Notes under the pieces: generated by a model
Database searches by the model: none
Seen by the model: the letters and a program-made list of their open reading frames with translations, nothing else
Told to the model about the DNA's origin: nothing
NCBI RefSeq assembly: GCF_015595035.1
Contig: NZ_JADNRN010000002.1
Span: 262,647-326,646, forward strand
DNA from: Glaciecola sp. MH2013
GTDB taxonomy: Bacteria > Pseudomonadota > Gammaproteobacteria > Enterobacterales > Alteromonadaceae
Direction: 5' to 3'
DNA: 64,000 bases
Part shown: positions 9,955 to 20,841 of the stretch, piece after piece
Position numbering within the stretch: position 1 is the stretch's first letter
Layout: every line of letters starts with the position of its first letter
Made by a program: the position numbers and the translations under genes

Positions 9955-12030
9955 ATGAAGTCACTGGCCGATACGCCGGTTACTAGCCTCAAAGGCGTGG
10001 GTGCAAAAGTTGCTGAGAAGCTTAAAAAGCTTCGTTTGGTGACCCTACAAGATATTATTTTTCATCTGCCTGCCCGCTATGAAGATAGAACGCGTATTTA
10101 TGCTATTGCCGACTTGCATGCATATCTTCACGTGTCCATTCAGGGCGAAATTATGGCTGCCGACATTCAGTACGGTCGTCGTAGAATGCTCTTAGTCAAA
10201 GTCAGTGACGGCACTGGAACAATAACCCTGCGCTTTTTCCATTTCTCGGCTGCGCAAACTAAGTCGCTCAGCATTGGCACTACGATTCGAGCTTTTGGTG
10301 AAATCAAAACGGGCAAAAGCAATCTTGAGATGATGCACCCTGAATACAAGCTAATTGATGAAGGGCAAGATAGTGCTTTAGAAGAATCATTGACTCCTGT
10401 TTACCCAACTACTGAGGGCGTGAAACAGCTAACCTTGCGGAATTTAACCGAGCAAGCCCTTAAGCAACTCGATAAGGGTGCATTATTGGAGTTGCTACCA
10501 GCCGGCTTGTATGAAAACCAAGTGTCACTGACCGATGCATTACATTTAGTACACCGCCCCCCGCCAAGTGTAATAATTGAAGATTTGGACGAAGGCCGAC
10601 ACCCTGCGCAAAAGCGCTTAGTGATAGAAGAGCTTTTGGCTCATCATTTGAGCATGCTAAAAGTACGCTCACAATCAAATGCCGACCCAGGTATTGCCAT
10701 TCCAATTGATACTAAATTAAAGCAAGACTTTTTAGCAACCTTGCCATTCAGTCCCACTGGCGCGCAATCACGAGTTGTGGAAGAAATTGAAGCGGACATC
10801 CAAAAACCCTTACCCATGATGCGTTTAGTGCAAGGTGATGTGGGGTCGGGTAAAACACTAGTGGCCGCGTTGGGCGCTATGTCGACCATTAGTGCAGGTT
10901 ATCAAGTAGCGCTCATGGCACCCACTGAATTGCTAGCTGAGCAACATGCTAATAATTTCAGTGCGTGGCTAACACCCTTAGGAATTCGTGTTGGTTGGCT
11001 TGCTGGTAAGCTCAAAGGCAAAGCGCGCGCAGAGACACTCGAGAACTTATCACAGGGAAATATTGATATTTTGGTGGGCACTCATGCTATTTTCCAAGAG
11101 CAAGTAGAATACAAAAACCTGGCATTGGTGATTGTTGATGAGCAGCATCGTTTTGGCGTGCATCAGCGCTTGGCGCTGCGAAAAAAAGGCGAGAAATTGG
11201 GAAAATTTCCACATCAACTTATTATGACGGCAACGCCTATACCGCGTACGCTCGCGATGACTGCCTATGCCGATCTTGATACCTCAATTATCGACGAATT
11301 ACCGCCGGGCAGAACCCCTGTCACCACCGTAGTGCTGCCTGACTCTCGCCGTGCCGATGTGATTGAAAGAGTTCGCCAAGCTGCGATAGACAATAATCGT
11401 CAAATATACTGGGTGTGTACGCTTATTGACGAATCCGAAGTATTGCAATGTCAGGCTGCTGAAGATGCCGCCATTGCCCTTCGCACAGCACTTCCAGAGC
11501 TTAAAGTTGGTTTAGTTCACGGTCGCTTAAAGTCGGCTGAAAAACAGCAAATAATGGACGAATTTAAACAGGGTGATCTCGATTTACTTGTTGCCACCAC
11601 CGTGATTGAGGTAGGCGTTGATGTACCCAACGCAAGTTTAATGATTATCGAAAATCCAGAGCGACTAGGGTTAGCGCAATTGCATCAATTAAGAGGCCGC
11701 GTGGGCCGAGGCTCCGTAGAGAGCCATTGTGTGCTGATGTATTCGGGCCCACTATCAAAAACGGCGAGCAAGCGTTTAGGCGTGTTGCGAGAGTCTAGTG
11801 ACGGTTTTTATATCGCCGAAAAAGACTTGGAGATACGTGGGCCCGGTGAAATGCTAGGCACTAAACAAACCGGTATTGCTGATTTGAAAATTGCTGATTT
11901 AATACGTGATGCAGAGCTCATTCCAGATGTGAAGAATATGGCTGAATATGTTTGGGCACAGTATCCATCTCAGTCACAAGCCCTTATAAACCGATGGCTT
12001 GCGTATAAAGAAGAGTATGGAAATGCGTAA
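9955..12030 (+). CDS. recG: ATP-dependent DNA helicase RecG
   Basis: 691 aa; wedge domain; Walker A GDVGSGKT; DEQHRFGV motif. Confidence 0.95.
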   Translation: MKSLADTPVTSLKGVGAKVAEKLKKLRLVTLQDIIFHLPARYEDRTRIYAIADLHAYLHVSIQGEIMAADIQYGRRRMLLVKVSDGTGTITLRFFHFSAAQTKSLSIGTTIRAFGEIKTGKSNLEMMHPEYKLIDEGQDSALEESLTPVYPTTEGVKQLTLRNLTEQALKQLDKGALLELLPAGLYENQVSLTDALHLVHRPPPSVIIEDLDEGRHPAQKRLVIEELLAHHLSMLKVRSQSNADPGIAIPIDTKLKQDFLATLPFSPTGAQSRVVEEIEADIQKPLPMMRLVQGDVGSGKTLVAALGAMSTISAGYQVALMAPTELLAEQHANNFSAWLTPLGIRVGWLAGKLKGKARAETLENLSQGNIDILVGTHAIFQEQVEYKNLALVIVDEQHRFGVHQRLALRKKGEKLGKFPHQLIMTATPIPRTLAMTAYADLDTSIIDELPPGRTPVTTVVLPDSRRADVIERVRQAAIDNNRQIYWVCTLIDESEVLQCQAAEDAAIALRTALPELKVGLVHGRLKSAEKQQIMDEFKQGDLDLLVATTVIEVGVDVPNASLMIIENPERLGLAQLHQLRGRVGRGSVESHCVLMYSGPLSKTASKRLGVLRESSDGFYIAEKDLEIRGPGEMLGTKQTGIADLKIADLIRDAELIPDVKNMAEYVWAQYPSQSQALINRWLAYKEEYGNA

Positions 12031-12937
12031 GGAAGATGGGCAAAACAGCCAAGAAAACCAAGGTAAAAAAGGTATAGGAATAGTCATTCTTGTAGAAGAT
12101 ACCGACCGAATTGAGCCAGAGCAAGCCGCAAAAGTGCTATCGGCTGAAACCGGTTTTCCTGTAGTCACGGCTGCCTATATACAGCGTACTACGGGAAGCG
12201 CTAAAAAGGCGAATACCAAGACCAAAGCTAAAGTGAAAGAAGCAGTCGCGCTTTGGCAACTCGTCTACGCTGCAGAAGGCTTAGTGTTGCGTTTGAGCAA
12301 TGAACCTACTTGGGGCGACATACGCGTTGACTTCGCTTCTAGCGCATTGCTTTATCGCAAGCAGCATGGCGGTGGCCGCAACGAGGCGATTGCTAAAGCT
12401 ATCGGAATAAAAGGCAAAGAAAGCTTGTCAGTGATTGATTGCACAGCAGGGATGGGTAGTGACAGCTTTGTCATGGCCTCAGTAGGGGCAAAGGTGACTA
12501 TGTTAGAGCGAAGCCCTGTGATTAGCGCCTTGCTTGAAGACGCCTTAAAGCGCTTAACCGTAGCCAGTAGTAGTGATGAAAGTGGCTTTTTAGAAGAGCT
12601 TTCGGCTAATCTTGAATTGGTAAAAGCGAACGCGACTGACTACATCAATCAACAATCAATAAAACCCTTGGCCGATGTGATTTATCTCGACCCAATGTTT
12701 CCTCATAAAAAAAAGTCGGCCTTGGTAAAAAAAGAGATGCGAGCCTTTCAACAACTACTTGGCGCGGATACCGATAGTAGCGAATTACTTGAAGCGGCGT
12801 TGAACTATGCAGGCAAACGAGTCGTAGTAAAACGGCCTAGTTATGCTGAAGCAATTGCGCTGCCGAGTGGCAGAATGCCTACTACGGCAATAGAATCTAA
12901 AAAGCATCGATTTGATGTGTACATTCAACACTGCTAG
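12017..12937 (+). CDS. rsmJ: 16S rRNA (guanine1516-N2)-methyltransferase RsmJ
   Basis: ...VIDCTAGMGSDSFVMASVGAKVTMLERSPV...VIYLDPMFPHKKKSALVKKEMRAFQ...VVVKRP is near-colinear with E. coli RsmJ (YhiQ) as recalled. Start uncertain: ATG at 12017/12023 overlaps the recG stop; the ORF also opens from TTG at 11999. Confidence 0.85.
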   Translation: MEMRKEDGQNSQENQGKKGIGIVILVEDTDRIEPEQAAKVLSAETGFPVVTAAYIQRTTGSAKKANTKTKAKVKEAVALWQLVYAAEGLVLRLSNEPTWGDIRVDFASSALLYRKQHGGGRNEAIAKAIGIKGKESLSVIDCTAGMGSDSFVMASVGAKVTMLERSPVISALLEDALKRLTVASSSDESGFLEELSANLELVKANATDYINQQSIKPLADVIYLDPMFPHKKKSALVKKEMRAFQQLLGADTDSSELLEAALNYAGKRVVVKRPSYAEAIALPSGRMPTTAIESKKHRFDVYIQHC

Positions 12938-13010
12938 GGTAGTGAAACGAACACAATGAAATGCAAGCTGCTCACTAAGAGTGGTGGCGTAAGCAAACAA
13001 CGGAGATATT

Positions 13011-13484
13011 ATGATTGAAGTAGGCGCAACCTTACCAGAAGCGGTATTTAGCGTATTAGAAAATGGCGAAATGAAAAACCCGAATACAGGCACTTTGTTT
13101 AATGGCAAAAAGGTGGTTTTGTTCGCTGTTCCGGGTGCGTTTACACCCACCTGTTCAGCCGCTCATTTGCCCGGTTACGTAGCATTAGCGGATAAGATAA
13201 AAGCCAAAGGGGTTGATGAAATCATTTGTATTTCAGTTAATGATGCTTTTGTGATGGATGCTTGGGGTAAATCGCAAAATGCGTCAGAAATGACTATGCT
13301 AGCAGACGGTAATGGTGCATTTACTAAATCGATTGGTCTCGATATGGACACTGATGCCTTTGGTGGTGTGCGTTCTATTCGCTACAGTATGATCGTTGAT
13401 GATGGTGTAGTGCGCGCCTTGAATGTAGAAGAACCAGGTCAATTCGAAGTTAGCGACGCAGATACTATTCTGAAGCAGCTATAA
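13011..13484 (+). CDS. peroxiredoxin, Prx5 (PrxV) subfamily
   Basis: 157 aa; FAVPGAFTPTCS peroxidatic-cysteine motif. Confidence 0.85.
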   Translation: MIEVGATLPEAVFSVLENGEMKNPNTGTLFNGKKVVLFAVPGAFTPTCSAAHLPGYVALADKIKAKGVDEIICISVNDAFVMDAWGKSQNASEMTMLADGNGAFTKSIGLDMDTDAFGGVRSIRYSMIVDDGVVRALNVEEPGQFEVSDADTILKQL

Positions 13485-13526
13485 ACGCGTTATACTAAGG
13501 CATATCTATTCGTAAACGGTTAGTGT

Positions 13527-13988
13527 ATGTCGTCACTTGAGCTCAAAATTCCACCCGTCGTAGTGTTTCTCATTGCGACGGTTTTTTTATATTTCACGCC
13601 TTCCATTGGCAATTATTCTGTGTTGCTGGGCGATAATACCAAAATTGTTTCGCATCTTATTTTTGCACTTGGAATAGTGATCGGCGCCTTGGGCGTAGTT
13701 ACTTTTAAAAAAGCCAATACGACAGTGAATCCCGTTGAAATAGAAAGAGCCTCTTCTTTGGTTACCACCGGCGTATTTCAAATGACTCGAAACCCAATGT
13801 ACCTTGCAATGGCCATCGCCATTTTCTCGATGAGTGTGCGTTTCGATAATGTTGCTGGTGCCTTTTGGGTGCTTCCTTTCTGTGTATTTATCACGCGTTT
13901 TCAAATTATGCCGGAAGAGCGAAACTTGCTTGCAATATTTGGTGATGACTTTATCCAATACAGTCAAAATGTGAGGCGTTGGCTATAA
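13527..13988 (+). CDS. isoprenylcysteine carboxyl methyltransferase (ICMT/PEMT)-family membrane methyltransferase
   Basis: Multi-TM protein with VTTGVFQMTRNPMYL and C-terminal EE..L motif. Confidence 0.7.
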   Translation: MSSLELKIPPVVVFLIATVFLYFTPSIGNYSVLLGDNTKIVSHLIFALGIVIGALGVVTFKKANTTVNPVEIERASSLVTTGVFQMTRNPMYLAMAIAIFSMSVRFDNVAGAFWVLPFCVFITRFQIMPEERNLLAIFGDDFIQYSQNVRRWL

Positions 13989-15199
13989 TGCAGGAAGTTT
14001 CAGCGAATCAACAAGCCGACGTGATTGTTATTGGAGCAGGTGCAGCAGGCTTGTTTTGTGCAATAGAGGCGGGTAAGCGCGGGCGAAAAGTAGTGGTTAT
14101 TGATCATGCCAAGCGCTTAGGTGGAAAAATACTAATGAGTGGTGGTGGGCGCTGTAATTTCACCAACATGTATGCCTCACATGAAAACTTCATTTGTGAA
14201 AATCCTCACTTTTGTAAATCAGCTTTGAGTCAATACACACAGTGGGATTTTATCGCATTAGTAAACGAACATGGCATTGCTTATCACGAAAAAACCTTAG
14301 GCCAATTATTCTGTGATCACAGTGCAAAAGACATCGTCGATATGCTACTCGCAGAGTGCAAAAAAGCCAATGTGGTCATTAAAAATAGAACGGAAGTGTC
14401 GACGGTGGCTGAAGTTACCGATACTGAAGGCTTTCGATATGCGGTAGAGACCAGTCAGGGAACTATGTTGTGTGAGTCTTTGGTAATCGCAACGGGTGGC
14501 TTAAGCATGCCAAAACTGGGTGCAACACCTTATGGTTATAAGGTAGCCGAGCAGTTTGGCCTACCAATCATTCCTACTAAGGCTGCGCTAGTACCTTTTA
14601 CCTTGCACGAGCAAGATAAAGCGGTTATTGGTGAACTAAGCGGTATTTCAGTAGATGCGAATGCTCAGTGTAATAAGGTAAACTTTAACGAAAATATCCT
14701 CTTTACTCACCGCGGATTGAGCGGCCCAGCTGTCTTGCAAATCTCGAGTTACTGGGAGCCGGGGCAGGCAGTCGAGTTTAATCTTTTCCCGAATGGTGAT
14801 TTGCTCAACGACCTGCAGCAACAGCAGCAAGACTCTCCCGATACTCAACTTTCAACCGCACTATCGAAACACTATCCAAAGCGTTTCGTAACTGCTGCAC
14901 TACCCTACTTTGATGTGGCAAATAAACCGCTTAAACAATACACGCCAAAAGAACTAGCGAGTGCTGCCGAGGCATTTACTCAATGGCAGCTCAAACCAAA
15001 TGGCACTGAGGGTTACAGAACCGCTGAAGTCACGCTAGGTGGGGTCAACACAGATTATATTTCATCAAAAACAATGGAAGTGAAACAGCAAAAAGGGCTA
15101 TTTTTTATTGGTGAGGTACTTGATGTCACTGGCTGGCTTGGCGGATATAACTTTCAATGGGCATGGTCGAGTGGCTATGTTGCTGGGCAAGTTGTTTAA
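13979..15199 (+). CDS. HI0933/BaiN-family NAD(FAD)-utilising flavoprotein
   Basis: VIVIGAGAAGLFCAIEAGKRGRKVVVIDHAKRLGGKILMSGGGRCNFTN is the family signature. Confidence 0.85.
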   Translation: MAIMQEVSANQQADVIVIGAGAAGLFCAIEAGKRGRKVVVIDHAKRLGGKILMSGGGRCNFTNMYASHENFICENPHFCKSALSQYTQWDFIALVNEHGIAYHEKTLGQLFCDHSAKDIVDMLLAECKKANVVIKNRTEVSTVAEVTDTEGFRYAVETSQGTMLCESLVIATGGLSMPKLGATPYGYKVAEQFGLPIIPTKAALVPFTLHEQDKAVIGELSGISVDANAQCNKVNFNENILFTHRGLSGPAVLQISSYWEPGQAVEFNLFPNGDLLNDLQQQQQDSPDTQLSTALSKHYPKRFVTAALPYFDVANKPLKQYTPKELASAAEAFTQWQLKPNGTEGYRTAEVTLGGVNTDYISSKTMEVKQQKGLFFIGEVLDVTGWLGGYNFQWAWSSGYVAGQVV

Positions 15200-15373
15200 T
15201 TTTGCGGAGTGACAATAAAGTTAGCTAAATTGATATCGTTTAATTGGAATTGTTAATGGTTTTTATACTTACCGAAAAAGAGAAATATTACATAGAACAT
15301 GCATGCAGCACAGAAAAGAAGAGCAATAATATTTTTGGCACAGCTGACTACCTAGTGAAAGCTTGGAGGCCTA

Positions 15374-16276
15374 TTACCTATTTATATCGGCAAGTTTGTC
15401 GACGAGAAAATCAATAAAAACCCGAACTTTGGGTGTAATCACATTTGATTTAGGGTAAACTAACCAAACAGCAGCATTGTCTTCAACAAAATAATCTGGT
15501 AGCACTCGCGCTAAGGTTCCCTCAGCAATTTCAGTATTTACATTCCATAGGGAACTCATACAAATGCCGACACCAGCCAATGCAGCTCTGCGAATGGTTG
15601 CTCCGTCGTCACATACAATACTATGCTTTGCCTTATTTGGAGGGAAGGTACAATCTCGCTGCGCAGTTTTGCACTTTAATTTTCGAGGTTTTGAATTAAT
15701 AAACAATATCAGCTGATGATTATCCAAGTCTTCGGGTGTCAATATTGAAGAGTGTTTGCTTAAATAGTCAGGAGATGCGCATAGAATTCGAGTATCTTGA
15801 AATAATCGCCGCCCTATTAGGCTGCTGTCTTCAACCGCAGAGTTTCTTAACGCTAGATCAAACCCGCCGTCGATTAGATTCACCTGTGTATCAGATAACT
15901 TTAATTCCAAATTGACATCAGGATACATATCTAAAAATTCGGGCAATATAGGTGCTATGTAGCGCTCAGCAAAGGTGCTAGAGGCTGCAAATCTTAATGT
16001 TCCACTTACTTTGGGATTTCTTCGCCCCAGAGCCGCCAATGAAGCTTCTTCTTGCGCAATCATTTCTTGCGCAAACGGCAAGAACTCTGCCCCCTCAATT
16101 GACAAGGTTACCTTGCGAGTTGAGCGGTGGAATAAGTCTGCCCCCAATTCGAGTTCCAATTTGGCTAAGCGAGCACTTGCAACTGCGGGGCTGAAACCTA
16201 GACGGCTTCCTGCCGCGCCAATGTTCAATAGTTCTGCGGCCAATACAAAAAGTTTAATACTTTTAGTATCCATCAA
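15374..16276 (-). CDS. LysR-family transcriptional regulator
   Basis: N-terminal HTH (MDTKSIKLFVLAAELLNIGAAGSRLGFSPAVASARLAKLE) plus LysR substrate-binding domain; divergent from kefG. Confidence 0.85.
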   Translation of the reverse strand: MMDTKSIKLFVLAAELLNIGAAGSRLGFSPAVASARLAKLELELGADLFHRSTRKVTLSIEGAEFLPFAQEMIAQEEASLAALGRRNPKVSGTLRFAASSTFAERYIAPILPEFLDMYPDVNLELKLSDTQVNLIDGGFDLALRNSAVEDSSLIGRRLFQDTRILCASPDYLSKHSSILTPEDLDNHQLILFINSKPRKLKCKTAQRDCTFPPNKAKHSIVCDDGATIRRAALAGVGICMSSLWNVNTEIAEGTLARVLPDYFVEDNAAVWLVYPKSNVITPKVRVFIDFLVDKLADINR

Positions 16277-16375
16277 TTATCTCTTAAAACTAAATACTGA
16301 TTATAAATATACCTCATTTATATAATTTATCAAAAATATTATGGTGAGGTATCAATATTTTATCGAGCCCATTAA

Positions 16376-16984
16376 ATGAAAAAAGTCTTAATTAATTTTG
16401 CACACCCAGTTAAATCACGTTCCAAGATCAATAAGGCACTATGTGATGCTGTTAAAGGCATAGAGGGAGTAACATTAAACGATCTGTATGCTAACTATCC
16501 CGACTTTATGATTGATACAGAACGAGAGCAACGCCTGTGTGAAGAGCACGACATTATCATTTTTCAGCATCCGCTTTATTGGTATTCCACGCCAGCAATA
16601 GTCAAAGAATGGTTTGACTTGGTATTAGAGCACGGTTGGGCATATGGCTCTATGGGAAAAGCACTTCACGGTAAATTATTTTTCCAATGCATATCAACCG
16701 GTGCAGATTCCTCATCGTATCAGCCAGCAGGTTATAACGAATATACCCTCAAACAGCTTCTTGCTCCTGTAAAAGCGACAGCCAAACTATGTGGCCTAGT
16801 TTGGCTTCCTCCTTTCGCTATCACAGGGGTACACCAAGGTCTTTCAGCTGACAAAATAGAAAACCATGTTAACAGATACAAACATACCATTATTACTCTG
16901 CGAGACTCCTTAGTCGATGTACATGAGCTCTCTCAACAAGATGAACTTAATGTTCTTCCAACTAAAAAAGAAGGAGCAAAATAA
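16376..16984 (+). CDS. kefG: glutathione-regulated K+-efflux ancillary protein, NAD(P)H quinone oxidoreductase-like (KefG/KefF)
   Basis: Flavodoxin-like fold; adjacent and co-directional with kefC (2-nt gap). Confidence 0.8.
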   Translation: MKKVLINFAHPVKSRSKINKALCDAVKGIEGVTLNDLYANYPDFMIDTEREQRLCEEHDIIIFQHPLYWYSTPAIVKEWFDLVLEHGWAYGSMGKALHGKLFFQCISTGADSSSYQPAGYNEYTLKQLLAPVKATAKLCGLVWLPPFAITGVHQGLSADKIENHVNRYKHTIITLRDSLVDVHELSQQDELNVLPTKKEGAK

Positions 16985-16985
16985 A

Positions 16986-18836
16986 ATGGAATCTTTTTTA
17001 CTGCAATTCTTCATTTTTCTCGCGGCAGCAGCGGTTTCGGTTCCTATTGCGAAAAAGCTAGGTTTGGGCTCAGTGCTTGGATATTTGGTTGCTGGTATTG
17101 TGATTGGCCCATTTGGAGGTTCACTAATTCATGATGTGGAAGATATAATGCATTTTACTGAATTTGGTGTCGTAATGATGTTGTTTTTAGTTGGCTTAGA
17201 ATTAAAACCATCGTTGTTATGGAAGCTAAAGACTCCTATTTTAGGTATTGGAGGCTCTCAAGTACTGCTAACTAGCGTATTTATCACCTTAGTCAGTATT
17301 ATATTTTTGCCGTGGCAACAGGCTATAGCCGTTGGTTTGATTTTGTCGCTATCATCAACCGCAATCGTCTTACAGACACTCCAAGAAAAAGGCAAAATGA
17401 AAACAGAGGCTGGCCAGTCAGTTTTTGCGGTCCTTCTCTTTCAAGATCTAGCTGTAATTCCGATGTTAGCAATTATTCCTTTGCTTGCGACTTTATCAAT
17501 TGCCGCAAGCGGTCAGCACGACTCCGTTTTATTTGATATCAGCCATTTACCCGCTTACTTGCAATTTGTTGTCACTATCGGCGCGATAGCAGCTGTGCTT
17601 TTGTTAGGAAAATTTGCTTCTCAACCGGTGTTTCGAATAATTGCAAGAACGGGTGTTAGAGAAGTGTTTGTTGCAGCCGCTTTGTCGCTTGTCATTGGCA
17701 CTTCATTATTAATGATGATGGTTGGATTATCCCCTGCTTTGGGTGCTTTTCTTGCAGGTGTCGTGCTGGCTGATAGCGAGTTTAGACATGAGCTTGAAAG
17801 TGATATTGAGCCTTTTAAAGGCCTTTTACTTGGAATTTTCTTCATTTCGATTGGTGCAAGTTTAAACTTTACACTTATCGGCGATAACATGGCCTTAGTT
17901 CTTGGCTTGGCAGCTGGGTTAATAGCAATTAAGTGGGTCATTTTAATAGCAATTAGCTTTGTTTTTCGTATCGGTAAAAAAGATCGAGGTTTGTTTGCAA
18001 TTGCTTTGGCTCAGGGGGGAGAGTTCGCATTCGTGCTGTTCCAAGTAACGAAGAGTTCGGGGGTACTGCCCGTATCAGTTATTGAGCCTCTGATATCTGC
18101 GGTTGCTATCTCGATGTTTATGGCGCCAGTCATGTTTGTCGTTCATGAAAAACTAAGTAAGAAGAATGTTGAGATAAACCATGATAGTAAAGATGATGAG
18201 ATTTCAAATCATGAACACAGAGTCATTTTAGCTGGTTTCGGCCGTTTAGGTACTGATATTGGGCGTTTTCTGCTGTCAGCAGGTATCAAACCGGTCATTC
18301 TGGATCATGACTCATACAATGTAGAAGTACTTCGAAAATTAGGTTTCGAAGTGTACTACGGAGACGCAACAAGGCTTGATTTGTTAGCAGCTGCTGGTGC
18401 GTCACAAGCTGATATGTTAATTGTGAGTTTTGCAGATACGGATGCTACCAAAAAATTGGTAGAGCTTGCCAACAAACACTACCCGCACTTGGAAATAGTG
18501 GTAAGTGCAAGGGACAGAGAAGCCACCTTTGAATTGATGGATCTTGGCGTTAGTAATATCTACAAAGAAACATTTGGTAGCGCTATTGCAATGGGCCAAA
18601 CAGTAATGACTAACCTAGGAGTTGATCCATATGAGGTGCATCGACTGAAGCATATTTTTAGTAAAAAAGAAGCACAAATGCTACCCGAGTTACATCAAGA
18701 ACGAGCGCAAGAAGAGAAATATGTTTCGGCTTACAAAAGGCATCACGAAGAGTTAGAAATTTTGATGAACGAAAAAAACAATAAAAATCTAATTGAACTA
18801 GATAAAGCTTGGACAGCAAAAAATCCGGAGCAATAG
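16986..18836 (+). CDS. kefC: glutathione-regulated potassium-efflux system protein KefC/KefB (CPA2 plus RCK/KTN)
   Basis: ATG at 16986 ([44 protein letters not shown]); C-terminal Rossmann KTN domain (ILAGFGRLG). Confidence 0.9.
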   Translation: MESFLLQFFIFLAAAAVSVPIAKKLGLGSVLGYLVAGIVIGPFGGSLIHDVEDIMHFTEFGVVMMLFLVGLELKPSLLWKLKTPILGIGGSQVLLTSVFITLVSIIFLPWQQAIAVGLILSLSSTAIVLQTLQEKGKMKTEAGQSVFAVLLFQDLAVIPMLAIIPLLATLSIAASGQHDSVLFDISHLPAYLQFVVTIGAIAAVLLLGKFASQPVFRIIARTGVREVFVAAALSLVIGTSLLMMMVGLSPALGAFLAGVVLADSEFRHELESDIEPFKGLLLGIFFISIGASLNFTLIGDNMALVLGLAAGLIAIKWVILIAISFVFRIGKKDRGLFAIALAQGGEFAFVLFQVTKSSGVLPVSVIEPLISAVAISMFMAPVMFVVHEKLSKKNVEINHDSKDDEISNHEHRVILAGFGRLGTDIGRFLLSAGIKPVILDHDSYNVEVLRKLGFEVYYGDATRLDLLAAAGASQADMLIVSFADTDATKKLVELANKHYPHLEIVVSARDREATFELMDLGVSNIYKETFGSAIAMGQTVMTNLGVDPYEVHRLKHIFSKKEAQMLPELHQERAQEEKYVSAYKRHHEELEILMNEKNNKNLIELDKAWTAKNPEQ

Positions 18837-18847
18837 CAAAACAAGTC

Positions 18848-18875
18848 CGCAGAGAGCCGCCCTTGGCTCTCTGCG
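18848..18875 (+). terminator. putative terminator hairpin after kefC
   Basis: CGCAGAGAGCC-GCCCTT-GGCTCTCTGCG, an 11-bp stem; weak U tract. Confidence 0.4.
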
Positions 18876-19157
18876 CCTGCAATTCTGTCTCACATATACA
18901 CTACAGCTAGCTATCAACTTTTCAATAAATAGACTGAGCATTACGGTTTGTAAGACGATCATTTAGTTTCTTTCATAAATCCGATCACAAAATAGCAATA
19001 TGAGATAGGTTCAAACACCTTAGACATTATATAAAAAAACTAAATACTAATTATTCAAACTGCTTATTTATAAAAAATTTCATAAGTATTATTGTTTATG
19101 CATTCCAACGAGTGCAGCGATAGTGTACTTCGATATGAGTTTTTGAAAGAGGCATGT

Positions 19158-19937
19158 ATGAACCTAATTGCATCAGTAAATTATCACGTTAATAAAAACC
19201 AAATTCAGTCTTTTCAGTTCGATGTAGATGGTATTCAGGGCAAGCTTATTTCGCCAGAACTACAAGAAACTCAAGTGCAAGTACGAGATATTAGAAACAC
19301 TAAAGCTGAGTTCTCTATTGATGTAGACGGACTCGTATTTTTGAATGCCAAATCAGAAGTAAACGACTTCAACAAACCAGGTTGGAAGAAAACTTATGAT
19401 AGCGAAATAAGTCAGCTACTAGAGAAAAGCATCGGCGCACAAGACGTGCTTGTATTTGACCATACTGTAAGAATTGATGACTCAGAAGCGATTCGCAAGC
19501 CCGCTAGAAATGTGCACAACGATTATAGTGAAAAAGCTGCTTATGAACGTTTGAGTGATTTGGTCGGAGCGCATCAGGCTTTGAAATATAAAGATGGAGA
19601 ATTTGCTTTCGTCAACATTTGGCGTCCTATCGAAGAAACCATAAAAACCTCCCCACTTGGTTTTATAAAACCCTCCAGCGTTAATATAAATGATTGGGTG
19701 GATATCGAGCTAATCTATCCCGACCGAAAAGGGCAAATTTTAGGCCTCGTCAACAATCCGAAACACGAGTGGTTTTATTTATCAGACATGACTCCTGAAG
19801 AAGTCATTGTTTTTAATATATTTAACAGCAAAGGCAAGCCTCACCTCGCTCACAGCGCACTTGATGTAGTTGGTCAATCAAAGGCTAGTGCGCCAAGGAA
19901 AAGCATAGAAACAAGAACCCTAGTGCGCTATGCCTAG
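19158..19937 (+). CDS. hypothetical protein, possibly CmcJ/NvfI (AsaB-like) hydroxylase family
   Basis: Start chosen at ATG 19158 behind SD AGAGG. Motifs FDHTVRIDD...HNDYSE...FVNIWRPIE loosely resemble that family as recalled; unverified. Confidence 0.45.
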   Translation: MNLIASVNYHVNKNQIQSFQFDVDGIQGKLISPELQETQVQVRDIRNTKAEFSIDVDGLVFLNAKSEVNDFNKPGWKKTYDSEISQLLEKSIGAQDVLVFDHTVRIDDSEAIRKPARNVHNDYSEKAAYERLSDLVGAHQALKYKDGEFAFVNIWRPIEETIKTSPLGFIKPSSVNINDWVDIELIYPDRKGQILGLVNNPKHEWFYLSDMTPEEVIVFNIFNSKGKPHLAHSALDVVGQSKASAPRKSIETRTLVRYA

Positions 19938-19978
19938 CATCGATCAAGCATCACAAGATATTACTAAAAAAGGAAATA

Positions 19979-20827
19979 ATGATGAAATATGAAAACTTCT
20001 GTACCTTCACCACAAAGCAAGCTTCTGGGATATTGACTGTTACCTTCGACTTTGGCGAAACCAATGTTCAAGGGCAAGAAATGCTTGCTGATTTAAACAG
20101 TTTGGCAATGCGTCTTGAAAGGGATCGTGACACAAAAGTAGTGGTGTTCCAATCTGCCAATCCTGAAATATGGGTTTGTCACTATGATACTGAGCTATTG
20201 AAAGATATGTCTACAGAAGCCGTTTCGCGAGACGAAGCAACGTTGTTAGATTTACAGTCTGTTTGTGAACGTTTGAGCAAAGTTCCTCAAGCGACTATCG
20301 CTAAATTAGAAGGTTTTGCACGCGGTGGTGGTCATGAATTAGCCCTAGCGTTGGACATGCGTTTTGCTGCCAGAGGTAAATACAAGTTGATGCAAATGGA
20401 AGTTGCAATGGGCATTCTTCCTTGTGGTGGAGGGGCTTCTAGAATGGCTCGTCAAACGGGCCTTGGTAAAGCACTTGAAATAATCCTAAGTGCACGCGAT
20501 TTTGATGCTGATGAAGCAGAGAAATTCGGCACAATCAACAAAGCATTAGCACCAGACGAAATTGGTAAATATGTTGATAACCTCGCAAACAGAATTGCTA
20601 AATGGCCTGCCGAATCGATTAATGCTTGCAAGCAAATGGTTTATGAATCAATTGATAAACCAATAGGTGAAGCGTTAAAAGCCGAAGCTTATTGGCTTTA
20701 CCAAGCAACAAGCAAAACGCCAGCCGTAAAGCGCTTTGCAATCGCCGACGAGCAACGCCTCGAGCACGATATGGAAACGCAGCGCAACTGGAATGACGTT
20801 GTTATTAACGTTCAAGACATAAATTAA
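19979..20827 (+). CDS. enoyl-CoA hydratase/isomerase (crotonase) family protein
   Basis: LEGFARGGGHELALALDMRFAA oxyanion-hole region. Confidence 0.8.
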   Translation: MMKYENFCTFTTKQASGILTVTFDFGETNVQGQEMLADLNSLAMRLERDRDTKVVVFQSANPEIWVCHYDTELLKDMSTEAVSRDEATLLDLQSVCERLSKVPQATIAKLEGFARGGGHELALALDMRFAARGKYKLMQMEVAMGILPCGGGASRMARQTGLGKALEIILSARDFDADEAEKFGTINKALAPDEIGKYVDNLANRIAKWPAESINACKQMVYESIDKPIGEALKAEAYWLYQATSKTPAVKRFAIADEQRLEHDMETQRNWNDVVINVQDIN

Positions 20828-20841
20828 GTAAGGATGTTGTC

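Noticed and set aside
11999-12016. TTG start at 11999 for rsmJ and long N-terminal extension
   Set aside because: Alignment to RsmJ as recalled begins around ...GIGIVILVEDTD. The extension overlaps the recG 3' end and is likely an ORF-caller artefact; ATG 12017 or 12023 is preferred.
16917-16985. Upstream extension of kefC overlapping kefG
   Set aside because: The true start is ATG 16986, 2 nt after the kefG stop, giving the canonical MESFLL... N-terminus.
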